A stretch of 43,301 nucleotides of DNA from Chitinophagaceae bacterium (lineage in GTDB: Bacteria > Bacteroidota > Bacteroidia > Chitinophagales > Chitinophagaceae), in NCBI GenBank assembly GCA_035914595.1, contig JAMIQN010000027.1, positions 1 through 43,301 on the forward strand, given 5' to 3'. Positions 10,140 through 18,022 of this stretch are shown here, piece after piece. The notes beneath the pieces were generated by a model, which was not told the origin of the DNA, did no database searches, and saw nothing but the letters and a program-made list of their open reading frames with translations. How positions within the stretch are numbered: position 1 is the first letter of the stretch; each line of letters opens with the position of its first letter. Both the position numbers and the translations under genes were made by a program.

Positions 10140-10700
10140 ATGAGCAGGAAGTTTCGGTTTGGCTCCGATGATCGGGAGATATACTGCATGACCTGCACGG
10201 TGCTGCGCAGTCTTGATGTGTTTACGGCGGATGTCTATCGCCGGGTGCTTATCGAAGGCCTGGCATTTGCTCAGGAACACAAAGGCCTTGATGTCTATGC
10301 CTGGTGCGTTATGACCCATCAGTTGCATTTGATCGTCGGGCGACATGGAACGTATCCGCTGGGCAGGATTATAGGTGCGTTCAAGGCACATACGTCGAAA
10401 GTGCTGCGGGATGTCGTTGCGTCCAATCCGGATGAGCAGACACGCGACTGGCTGATGTGGATGTTTGAGCGACTGGGCAAGCGCAATCCCAACAATTGGG
10501 ATTTCCAGTTTTGGGAGCAAGACGGTAGTATGCCGGTTTTATTAGAGGATCGTGCGAAAGCGTTGGAATTAGTTGATTCCGTGCACTTAGCCCCAGTAAG
10601 AGCAGGCTATGTGGAGGTGCCGGAGCATTGGCTCTGGAGCAGCGCCGGGAACTATCAACAGAAATTCGGATTGTTAGAAAATGTCATTCTTATTGAGTAG
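10140..10700 (+). CDS. REP-associated / IS200-like Y1 tyrosine transposase (RAYT-like)
   Basis: 186 aa. Layout is YCMTCTV...DVF...VLIEGLAFAQEHKGLDVYAWCVMTHQLHLIV...HTSKVLR...FQFWEQ...HLAPVRAGYV..PEHWLWSSAGNY. This is the Y1_Tnp fold order, with an HUH-region and a C-terminal catalytic-type Tyr. The ATG at 10140 is preferred over the GTG at 10077. Confidence 0.75.
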   Translation: MSRKFRFGSDDREIYCMTCTVLRSLDVFTADVYRRVLIEGLAFAQEHKGLDVYAWCVMTHQLHLIVGRHGTYPLGRIIGAFKAHTSKVLRDVVASNPDEQTRDWLMWMFERLGKRNPNNWDFQFWEQDGSMPVLLEDRAKALELVDSVHLAPVRAGYVEVPEHWLWSSAGNYQQKFGLLENVILIE

Positions 10701-10814
10701 GTGGACTCTTAAGCGTAGTCTACTGAAGTGCCTAAGCCTTGGGTCGGTTGGTCCATTTAGGGACCTTTCGGGGCAGGTGGCGAACCCGTAAATCCAAACC
10801 CAGTTGATTATATG

Positions 10815-10858
10815 ACAGCTTACGCTGCCACATGCCGGCGGCAGCTTACGCTCCCGCC
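10815..10858 (-). repeat. Two REP-like hairpins downstream of the RAYT gene, inverted relative to the upstream pair
   Basis: ACAGC-TTAC-GCTGC (10815-10828) and GGCGGCAGC-TTAC-GCTCCCGCC (10837-10858) read as ...GCAGC-GTAA-GCTGT and GGCGGGAGC-GTAA-GCTGCCGCC on the - strand. Positions 10816-10829 are the exact reverse complement of 10084-10097 (GGCAGCGTAAGCTG). Confidence 0.6.
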
Positions 10859-10907
10859 TTCATTTATCTAAATTCGCGCCGCCTTCTATTTAAAGCCTTC
10901 TGCCCCC

Positions 10908-13900
10908 TTGCGTTTACGTTCCCTTGATATCAAAGGATTTAAATCCTTTGCCGACAAAACCCAGGTACTTCTTGATCATCCTATCACCGGCATTGTCGGT
11001 CCCAATGGTTGTGGCAAGAGTAATATTGTGGATGCGATTCGCTGGGTCATTGGCGAGCATAAGATCAAGGCCCTCCGTTCCGACAACCTCGAAGACCTCA
11101 TCTTCAACGGCTCCAAGACGCGCGCCGGTAGTGGCATGGCTGAGGTGTCCCTCACCTTCGAGAACACGCGCAATCTTCTGCCCACTGAATTCACCACGGT
11201 AACCATCACCCGCAAATTCTACAAGAATGGGGAGAGCGAATACCGGCTTAATGATGTAGCCTGTCGGCTCAAAGACATCCACAACCTTTTTCTTGATACA
11301 GGCGTTTCCAACGACTCCTATGCTATCATCGAACTAGGTATGGTGGACGACATCATCAAAGACAAAGACGGCAGCAGGCGACGGATGTTAGAGCAGGCAG
11401 CCGGCATTTCGATATACAAGGCACGCAAGAAAGAAGCCCGTCAGAAGTTAGAAGCCACAGAAGCCGACCTCTCTCGTATTGAAGACCTGCTATTTGAGAT
11501 AGGAGCCAACTTAAGGACCCTCGAAAGCCAGGCACGAAAGGCAGAGCGATACTTTCAGATTAAAGGCGAATACAAAGAGGTATCCGTCGAGCTGGCCAAA
11601 GCCAGTCTGGAGCACTTCAACGAGCAATACAAAACCCTCAATGAGCAGGAGCGGGCAGAGGTGGACCGCAAGGCTGAGTTAGAGGCGGTGGTAGCTACCG
11701 GAGAGGCCGCCATTGAAAAAGACAAAATCGAGCTCATTGCACACGAGCAGGAGCTACACGCGATGCAAAAAGCCTTCAATGAGCTCCTCAACAGGACGCG
11801 CCAGTTGGAGAGCGACAAGCGGCTTGCGGCCCAGCGACTTGAGCATCTTACCGAGCGGGAAAAATCACTGAGCGAAACCATAGCAGGTGCGGGCCAACAG
11901 CTTACCAAGCTGCAGGAAAGCATTGCCTATGCAGGTGAGCAGATCAAGGCCGAGACGGCAACATTAGACGAACTGCGTACCACGCTCGACATCCTTCGTA
12001 AGGATGTGGATCAAAGTAGGGTTGCCTATGATGAAGCCAAGCGTAGCATAGATGCAGCGAGGGCTAAAGTGCAGGTAGTGCAGCGCCGGCAGTTTGATGC
12101 GGAGAAAAAAGTAGCGGTGGCGGATACTTCAGTTGTCAACTTGCAGCGGAGCATACAGCACTTGCAAGACGAGGCTAAAGGAAGGAAGAGCCAGATTGAA
12201 AATGTGGCTAAGGAGCGCACGGTGGCGGAGGCTTCTTTAGGTCAAAAGCAGGAGGCCCTCAAAGCTTTGTTGGAGCGGCAGGAGCAGGTGCAGGGAAAGA
12301 TTTTGCAAGGACAGGAAGCCCTGGAGTCCTTACGTGCGAAGCTGGTAGAAGAAAACAGAACGCTGGATGCCCGGCGGAACGAGCACGACCTGCTCAAGAG
12401 CCTGGTAGATTCTCTGGAAGGCTATCCCGACAGTATAAAATTCCTCAAGCGCAATAAAGACTGGAACCACGAGGCGCCGTTACTGAGTGATGTGTTTGTG
12501 GTGAAGCCGGAATACCGCGCTGCGCTTGAAAGCGTGTTGGACCAATATCTCAACTACTATGTGGTAGCCAACATTGAGGAGGCTGCGCAGGCTATTCGTT
12601 TGTTGGAAACGTCGAAGAAAGGCAAAGCCAACTTCATCCTGCTGGACCGATTGAAAAATGAAAGCCACTCCGGCCATCATGAAGGGCTACAGCCGGGTGA
12701 AGTGCCGGCATTGGAAGCCGTAGAGGTGGAAGACAAATACCGGATGCTGGCAGAAACCTTGCTGGGACGCGTGTCCATTTTTGAACATCTTCCTGAAAAT
12801 ACAGTTAGTGCAGATGGCCGTATTCTGGTAGATAAGACGGGACGTTACAAGACAGAATCCTTCACGGCAGGCGGTGGTTCAGTGGGGCTTTTTGAAGGCA
12901 ACAAAATTGGACGGGCCAAGAATCTGGAACGTCTGGCGCAGGACATCACGACGCTCACATCTGCGACCACTACGCTGAAGGCACAGATTTCTGAAATGCA
13001 AAGTCGGTTGGCTGGCTTCAATGCCGAGCTCGCCGACAAGGCCATTGAACAGATCCGTCAGGAGATCAATCGTCTTCAGAACAGCATTTCCAACTATGCC
13101 AACCGTATCGAGACCTACGAGGCAGCCAATGCCACGGCATCGCGCCGCATCGAAGAACTGCAGCAGCAATTGCAGCAGACGCAGGATGGCATTGCGGGCA
13201 CACGGGCAGAATTGAAAACCGTAGAAGCGGAACTGGTAGAAATTTCGGCAGCGGTGAAGCAGGCGGAGCAATCCTTTGCAGAAGTCGAACAGCGCTTCAA
13301 TCAGGCCTCACAGCAATACAATGCGCAGAACCTCCAATACACGCGGCAGCAGAGTAAGATCGAAAGCCTGAAAGGAGAGCTTCAGTTTCGCAGCAGCCAG
13401 CTTACGGAAACACAGACACAGCTCAGCCAGAATCAGGAAGCCCTGGCCACTACACAGACGCAGAAAGAAGAAACTCAGGAGAAGCTGAAGGTTGGCGAGG
13501 AAGAGCTCTATGGTTTGCTTTCTAAGAAAGAAGCTGAGGAGCGTACGCTGAACGAAAAGGACCGGACCTACTATGAGCGCAGGAATGCCGTGGCTGCGGC
13601 CGAGAGCGCTCTGTCGCAAAAGCGGAAAGAGAAAGAAAGTGCCGAAGCATTGTTGTCCGGCATCAAGGAGAAGCTGAGTGAGATGAAGCTGACCCTGGCC
13701 GGCATGAAGGAGCGCCTGCAGGTAGAGTTCAGGGTTTCTATTGATGAAATTTTGGATGAACCGCGCAAGACCGAGCAAACGGTCGAGGAGCTGAATGCGG
13801 AATCGGAACGCATGAAAAAGCGACTCGAGAATATGGGGGAAGTCAACCCCACTGCCATTGAGGCTTTTACGGAAGTGAAGGCCCGGCACGACTTCATCGT

Positions 13901-14438
13901 CGAGCAGAAGAATGACCTGGTTAGTGCAAAGGAGTCGCTGCTGGCAACGATTGAAGAGGTGGAAACGACCGCCAACACAAGATTCCGTGAGACCTTCGAT
14001 AAGGTGCGGGAGAATTTCGTGCAGGTCTTCAAAGCCCTTTTCACACCCGATGATTCCGCTGATTTGCGCCTCACCGATCCCGACAATGTGGCGGAAAGTG
14101 GAATTGAAATTTATGCGCAGCCAAAGGGCAAAAAGCCTTCTACACTGACGCAGTTGAGCGGTGGTGAAAAGACCCTGACCTCAACGGCATTTCTGTTTGC
14201 GATCTACCTGATCAAACCGGCGCCCTTCTGCATTTTGGATGAAGTGGACGCGCCTCTGGATGATGCCAACGTGGGCAAGTTCACCAATATGATTCGCCAG
14301 TTTTCTGACAACTCGCAGTTCATCATCGTCACCCACAACAAGCAGACGATGGCAGCCGTGGATGTGATCTATGGCGTGACCATGCAGGAGCCCGGTGTCA
14401 GCAAGCTGGTGCCGGTAGATTTTCGGAGCTTGAATTAA
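10908..14438 (+). CDS. smc: Chromosome segregation protein SMC
   Basis: N-terminal Walker A (GPNGCGKSNIVDAIRWV), long coiled coils around a hinge (SLEGYPDSIKFL...), and a C-terminal signature LSGGEKTLTSTAFLFAI plus Walker B FCILDEVDAPLDD. Length is 1176 aa. It uses a TTG start at 10908 (MRLRSLDIKGFKSF). Confidence 0.95.
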   Translation: MRLRSLDIKGFKSFADKTQVLLDHPITGIVGPNGCGKSNIVDAIRWVIGEHKIKALRSDNLEDLIFNGSKTRAGSGMAEVSLTFENTRNLLPTEFTTVTITRKFYKNGESEYRLNDVACRLKDIHNLFLDTGVSNDSYAIIELGMVDDIIKDKDGSRRRMLEQAAGISIYKARKKEARQKLEATEADLSRIEDLLFEIGANLRTLESQARKAERYFQIKGEYKEVSVELAKASLEHFNEQYKTLNEQERAEVDRKAELEAVVATGEAAIEKDKIELIAHEQELHAMQKAFNELLNRTRQLESDKRLAAQRLEHLTEREKSLSETIAGAGQQLTKLQESIAYAGEQIKAETATLDELRTTLDILRKDVDQSRVAYDEAKRSIDAARAKVQVVQRRQFDAEKKVAVADTSVVNLQRSIQHLQDEAKGRKSQIENVAKERTVAEASLGQKQEALKALLERQEQVQGKILQGQEALESLRAKLVEENRTLDARRNEHDLLKSLVDSLEGYPDSIKFLKRNKDWNHEAPLLSDVFVVKPEYRAALESVLDQYLNYYVVANIEEAAQAIRLLETSKKGKANFILLDRLKNESHSGHHEGLQPGEVPALEAVEVEDKYRMLAETLLGRVSIFEHLPENTVSADGRILVDKTGRYKTESFTAGGGSVGLFEGNKIGRAKNLERLAQDITTLTSATTTLKAQISEMQSRLAGFNAELADKAIEQIRQEINRLQNSISNYANRIETYEAANATASRRIEELQQQLQQTQDGIAGTRAELKTVEAELVEISAAVKQAEQSFAEVEQRFNQASQQYNAQNLQYTRQQSKIESLKGELQFRSSQLTETQTQLSQNQEALATTQTQKEETQEKLKVGEEELYGLLSKKEAEERTLNEKDRTYYERRNAVAAAESALSQKRKEKESAEALLSGIKEKLSEMKLTLAGMKERLQVEFRVSIDEILDEPRKTEQTVEELNAESERMKKRLENMGEVNPTAIEAFTEVKARHDFIVEQKNDLVSAKESLLATIEEVETTANTRFRETFDKVRENFVQVFKALFTPDDSADLRLTDPDNVAESGIEIYAQPKGKKPSTLTQLSGGEKTLTSTAFLFAIYLIKPAPFCILDEVDAPLDDANVGKFTNMIRQFSDNSQFIIVTHNKQTMAAVDVIYGVTMQEPGVSKLVPVDFRSLN

Positions 14439-14639
14439 TAGGGCCATTGCGCAGCTTTGCGTCGCTGCGGTGGTGTGGCGTGCAGGGGCACTTAGAGGCT
14501 TTAACCGAAGGTTGGTGAAATCCTGTGCGGAGTGTATTTGTGCACACCATCCTTCGTCATCGTCCTGAAAACAAACCCAACGTATTTTTCGCGGCACAAT
14601 TTTTCCCACTATTTCATCATGGAACCTGAGCGCACCAAA

Positions 14640-15032
14640 ATGAGTAATGCTACCGTCAACCGTCCTGATGGTGAGCGCCTGCTGGATGCGGCAGTGGTAC
14701 GATTTGACCTGCCGGAATATACCCGCAAGCTGATGGATGAAAGGATATGGGAGAACACAACTCGCAATTCCATCACCTTACTCCACAACGACTACATGCG
14801 CATTGTGCTGGTCGTGATTAAGGGCGGGCAGGAGATGTGCCACGGCGTGGAGCGCGCGCTCAGCATTCAGGTGCTCAGCGGCAGGGTCAATGTCGAAACT
14901 GATGAGGAGACTTTTTCGATGGATGAGGGGGAGATGGCAGCCCTTCGCCCGCGCGTACGCCACTTCGTCTTTGCCGAAAAGCAGGCGGTGGTCCTTCTTA
15001 CCTTGGGAGGCGCTATGGCAGAGGGTGCTTAA
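14640..15032 (+). CDS. Small cupin-like conserved hypothetical protein
   Basis: 130 aa (MSNATVNRPDGERLLDAAVVRFDLPEY...LSIQVLSGRVNVETDEETFSMDEGEMAAL). The pattern is beta-rich and cupin-like. An alternative start at 14619 (MEPERTK) is possible. The stop overlaps the convergent J-domain gene by 4 nt. Confidence 0.55.
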   Translation: MSNATVNRPDGERLLDAAVVRFDLPEYTRKLMDERIWENTTRNSITLLHNDYMRIVLVVIKGGQEMCHGVERALSIQVLSGRVNVETDEETFSMDEGEMAALRPRVRHFVFAEKQAVVLLTLGGAMAEGA

Positions 15033-15685
15033 TGTCGCGCCAGTAGCCACAACATGATGCAGATGACTCCCGCAGCCACCAAGGCTAACAACGGACGATA
15101 GGTATTCCAGCGCCGTTCCAGTGCCTTCCTTTCAGACCATGCAGTCCATTTTTCTTGAAGTGCATCATCGCCCTTGACAAGGGCCTGCATCGGCGTTTCC
15201 AACTCAGGAATGAAGCGCGCAGCAAGGGCTTGCACACTTTCAAATACCCGCTCAAATACCTGCTTTCGGATGGCTGTTTCTCCTTCGAGCAATTGCAGAT
15301 TTTCCTCATCCAGCAGCCGTAAAACGAACTCGCAAAGCGCCTCATGATTCATACGCAGGTGATCTACGTGCTGCATGTGATGTCGCAGTTCTTCGGCTTG
15401 TTTCAGGATGCCTTGCGGACTGGTAACGGTCTTGCGCTTCCAGCCAAAATCATAACCATGCTCCTGCCAGTGCGCGTCATAGGCGGCGCGCCGCTCGGGT
15501 GACGACAGCACTTCGTAGGCTTCTGTGATGGCTGCAAATCGCTCAGTGGTTGCGTGGCTGTGTTCGGCCGTGTCCGGATGAAACTGCTTGGCTAGTTTGC
15601 GGTAGGCCGTGCGCATCTCTTCGGTGGTAGCATCGTGCGCCACGCCTAGGGTGCGGTAGTAGTCCGTTTCGTAAGTGGCGGTCAT
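15029..15685 (-). CDS. J-domain (DnaJ-like) protein with a C-terminal membrane anchor
   Basis: DYYRTLGVAHDATTEEMRTAYRKLAKQFHPD (J domain with HPD) at the N-terminus, and a single C-terminal TM helix PLLALVAAGVICIMLWLLA. Confidence 0.8.
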   Translation of the reverse strand: MTATYETDYYRTLGVAHDATTEEMRTAYRKLAKQFHPDTAEHSHATTERFAAITEAYEVLSSPERRAAYDAHWQEHGYDFGWKRKTVTSPQGILKQAEELRHHMQHVDHLRMNHEALCEFVLRLLDEENLQLLEGETAIRKQVFERVFESVQALAARFIPELETPMQALVKGDDALQEKWTAWSERKALERRWNTYRPLLALVAAGVICIMLWLLARH

Positions 15686-15709
15686 GACGGGGAGAATAGG
15701 GCCGAAGGT

Positions 15710-15874
15710 TTAGAGGAATGTCTTGGCCAATACTAATGCAAAGGCAACGGCAAGGACCGAAAAGACGATATAACGAAGCCGTGCTCCTGCACCTTTGCGC
15801 AGCCTTTTTGGCAGGTAAAAAAAGACCCACAACAGCAGGCTGATCGTGAGCAGAAGTGTGGCTGCTTTGATCAT
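15710..15874 (-). CDS. Small two-TM membrane protein (hypothetical, 54 aa)
   Basis: MIKAATLLLTISLLLWVFFYLPKRLRKGAGARLRYIVFSVLAVAFALVLAKTFL has two hydrophobic helices around a basic loop. Its ATG at 15874 is 1 nt after the paaZ stop (15876-15878). Its stop is 24 nt before the J-domain gene start. Confidence 0.4.
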   Translation of the reverse strand: MIKAATLLLTISLLLWVFFYLPKRLRKGAGARLRYIVFSVLAVAFALVLAKTFL

Positions 15875-15875
15875 G

Positions 15876-17933
15876 TTATTGAGATTGGTCACGCTTCTTC
15901 ACCATCGTCAGGATGGTGGCAATGGCTACAGTTTCGCCGGTTTCGTCATACACGTCCACGAGCCATTTCACGATGCCCTTAGCCACATCATCTTCGGAGC
16001 GCTTTTCCTGATCCACCTTTTCCTTCACCGTCAGGCGGACACCAATTGTAGCACCGGGATACACGGGCTTGGTGAACCGACATTCATCAATGCCGTAGTT
16101 GAGCAGGACCGGTCCTTTTTTCGCATCTACAAACAGGCCGGCAGCCTTCGACAGGATGAAATAGCCGTGGGCAACGCGTCCCTCGAAAATGGTTCCTTCC
16201 AGGCTTGTCGCATCCATGTGCGCGTAGAAATTATCACCGCTCACGTTCGCGAAATTGGTGATGTCTGTTTCCGTAACCGTATGCTTCGCCGTAATCAGCG
16301 TGTCACCCACTTGCAGGTCCTCGAAGTACTTGCGGAATGGATGCACCTCCGTCTCATGCTGCTTTGCGTATTGCTGATAGACGTCTGTGATCTTCGAAAT
16401 GGTCGTGGGTGTTCCCTGAATAGCCGTGCGCTGGAGGTAATGTAGCACACCACGCTTTCCGCCCATTTCTTCACCACCGCCGGCGCGCCCGGGCCCGCCG
16501 TGTATGAGCATGGGCAGCGGTGAACCGTGACCCGTACTTTCCTTGGCACACTCGGCATTCAGCACCAGGATGCGTCCGTGCATCAGTGCAGAGCCAAGAA
16601 CAAAATCGCGGGCGATGTTATCATCTGCCGTGACGATGGAGCACACCAGCGAGCCTTCACCCATGCGGGCCAGTGTGATGGCTTCGTCCAGGTCGTGGTA
16701 GGGCATCAGCGTGCTCACCGGACCAAAACTTTCAATATGGTGTACGTCTGTTTTGTGAAGCGGATCATCATTGAAAAAGACAATTGGGGGTAGGAAGGCG
16801 CCTTTCTTGCTGTCTGCCCCTTTCACTTCAAAATGGTCGAGGTTGCCAATGACGATGGTCTGGCTTTTGGCCAACTGCGCAATGCGCTCTTTCACTTCTT
16901 CGCGCTGCGCCAGGCCGGCAAGGGGCCCCATGCGCACCCCGTCCACATGTGGGTCGCCCACAATGACGCTGGCCAGCCTTTTGCCCAGGACAATTTGTAC
17001 GTCTTCCACCCGATCTGCCGGCACCATCACGCGACGGATAGCCGTGCATTTCTGACCTGCTTTGGTGGTCATTTCGCGCGCTACTTCTTTAATGAAAAGG
17101 TCCCATTCCGGCTTGTCGGGTGTCACATCCGGGCCAAGCACACAGCAGTTGAGCGAGTCGGCTTCCATGTTGAAAGGGACAGCTTTCTCAAGGATGCGGG
17201 GATGGCTCTTCAGGCTGCGCCCCGTAGAGGCAGAGCCCGTAAATGTGACAACGTCCTGCGACTCTACTGTGTCCAGAATACCGCGCGCCGAGCCGCAGAT
17301 TAGTTGCAGTGACCCTTCGGGAAAAATCTGGCTCTTGATGATTTCTTCAAAGACGGCTTCGGTAAGGTAGCTGGTCAGCGTAGCCGGCTTCACGATGGCA
17401 GGCACCCCCGCCAGCAGGTTCACTGCAATCTTTTCCAACATGCCCCACACCGGAAAATTGAAAGCATTGATATGAATGGCTACACCCTCGCGCGGCACCA
17501 TGATATGATGACCGATAAACGTGTTGTTCTTGCCCAGTTTGATGGCTTCTCCGTCCACATAAAAACGTTCGTCCGGAAACTGGCGGCGCAGGCTGGCATA
17601 ACTAAACAGGTTGCCGATACCGCCTTCAATATCCACCCAGCTATCCGCTCGGGTGGCGCCCGTACGGTAAGAGATTTCGTAGAAGTATTCTTTCCGCTCC
17701 AGCAGGTAAAGAGCTAATGCCTTCAGCATTCTGCCGCGTTGCTGAAATGTGAGCTTGCGCAAAGCAGGTCCCCCTACACGACGCGCATAATCCATCATGG
17801 CGCCAAAGTCCAGGCCTTCGGACGAAGCCGTAAAAATGGCCTGGCCGGTGATGGCATCGTGCAGGGTTTCGCCATGAGCGCCCGCCTTATGCCAGGCGCC
17901 TTCAGCGTAGTTTTTTAGTTTGGGAACAGACAT
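15876..17933 (-). CDS. paaZ: Bifunctional aldehyde dehydrogenase / MaoC-hotdog protein PaaZ (phenylacetate catabolism)
   Basis: Collinear with E. coli PaaZ as I recall it: GATRADSWVDIEGGIGNLF, GVAIHINAFNFPVWGMLEK, FTGSASTG, MEADSLNC, TTKAGQKCTAIRR, ESTGHGSPLP..HGGPGRAGGGEE. The C-terminal MaoC domain has HPFRKYFEDLQVGD...GDNFYAHMD. The ATG at 17933 is preferred over the TTG at 17945. Confidence 0.9.
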   Translation of the reverse strand: MSVPKLKNYAEGAWHKAGAHGETLHDAITGQAIFTASSEGLDFGAMMDYARRVGGPALRKLTFQQRGRMLKALALYLLERKEYFYEISYRTGATRADSWVDIEGGIGNLFSYASLRRQFPDERFYVDGEAIKLGKNNTFIGHHIMVPREGVAIHINAFNFPVWGMLEKIAVNLLAGVPAIVKPATLTSYLTEAVFEEIIKSQIFPEGSLQLICGSARGILDTVESQDVVTFTGSASTGRSLKSHPRILEKAVPFNMEADSLNCCVLGPDVTPDKPEWDLFIKEVAREMTTKAGQKCTAIRRVMVPADRVEDVQIVLGKRLASVIVGDPHVDGVRMGPLAGLAQREEVKERIAQLAKSQTIVIGNLDHFEVKGADSKKGAFLPPIVFFNDDPLHKTDVHHIESFGPVSTLMPYHDLDEAITLARMGEGSLVCSIVTADDNIARDFVLGSALMHGRILVLNAECAKESTGHGSPLPMLIHGGPGRAGGGEEMGGKRGVLHYLQRTAIQGTPTTISKITDVYQQYAKQHETEVHPFRKYFEDLQVGDTLITAKHTVTETDITNFANVSGDNFYAHMDATSLEGTIFEGRVAHGYFILSKAAGLFVDAKKGPVLLNYGIDECRFTKPVYPGATIGVRLTVKEKVDQEKRSEDDVAKGIVKWLVDVYDETGETVAIATILTMVKKRDQSQ

Positions 17934-18022
17934 GATTGCAATCAAAAAATGAGTTGGATTGTGAATGTACGAACGGCTCTGGGCGGCCCTTTCTGGAGTA
18001 TCCGGAGCTTGTGTTTACCTAC

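Larger units (their letters stand above)
10082..10858 (+). mobile_element. Candidate RAYT unit (tyrosine transposase gene plus flanking inverted REP-like hairpins)
   Basis: Combination of the three features above. No terminal inverted repeats of the classical IS type, no target duplication and no second ORF are visible. Confidence 0.4.

Noticed and set aside
14449-14469. Hairpin CGCAGC-tttgcgtc-GCTGCG just after the smc stop. It shares the GCAGC/GCTGC stem of the REP-like hairpins.
   Set aside because: The loop is 8 nt, not a GNRA tetraloop. The flanks do not match the 14-mer GGCAGCGTAAGCTG. No T-run follows. It is most simply a weak terminator or a chance palindrome, not another REP copy.
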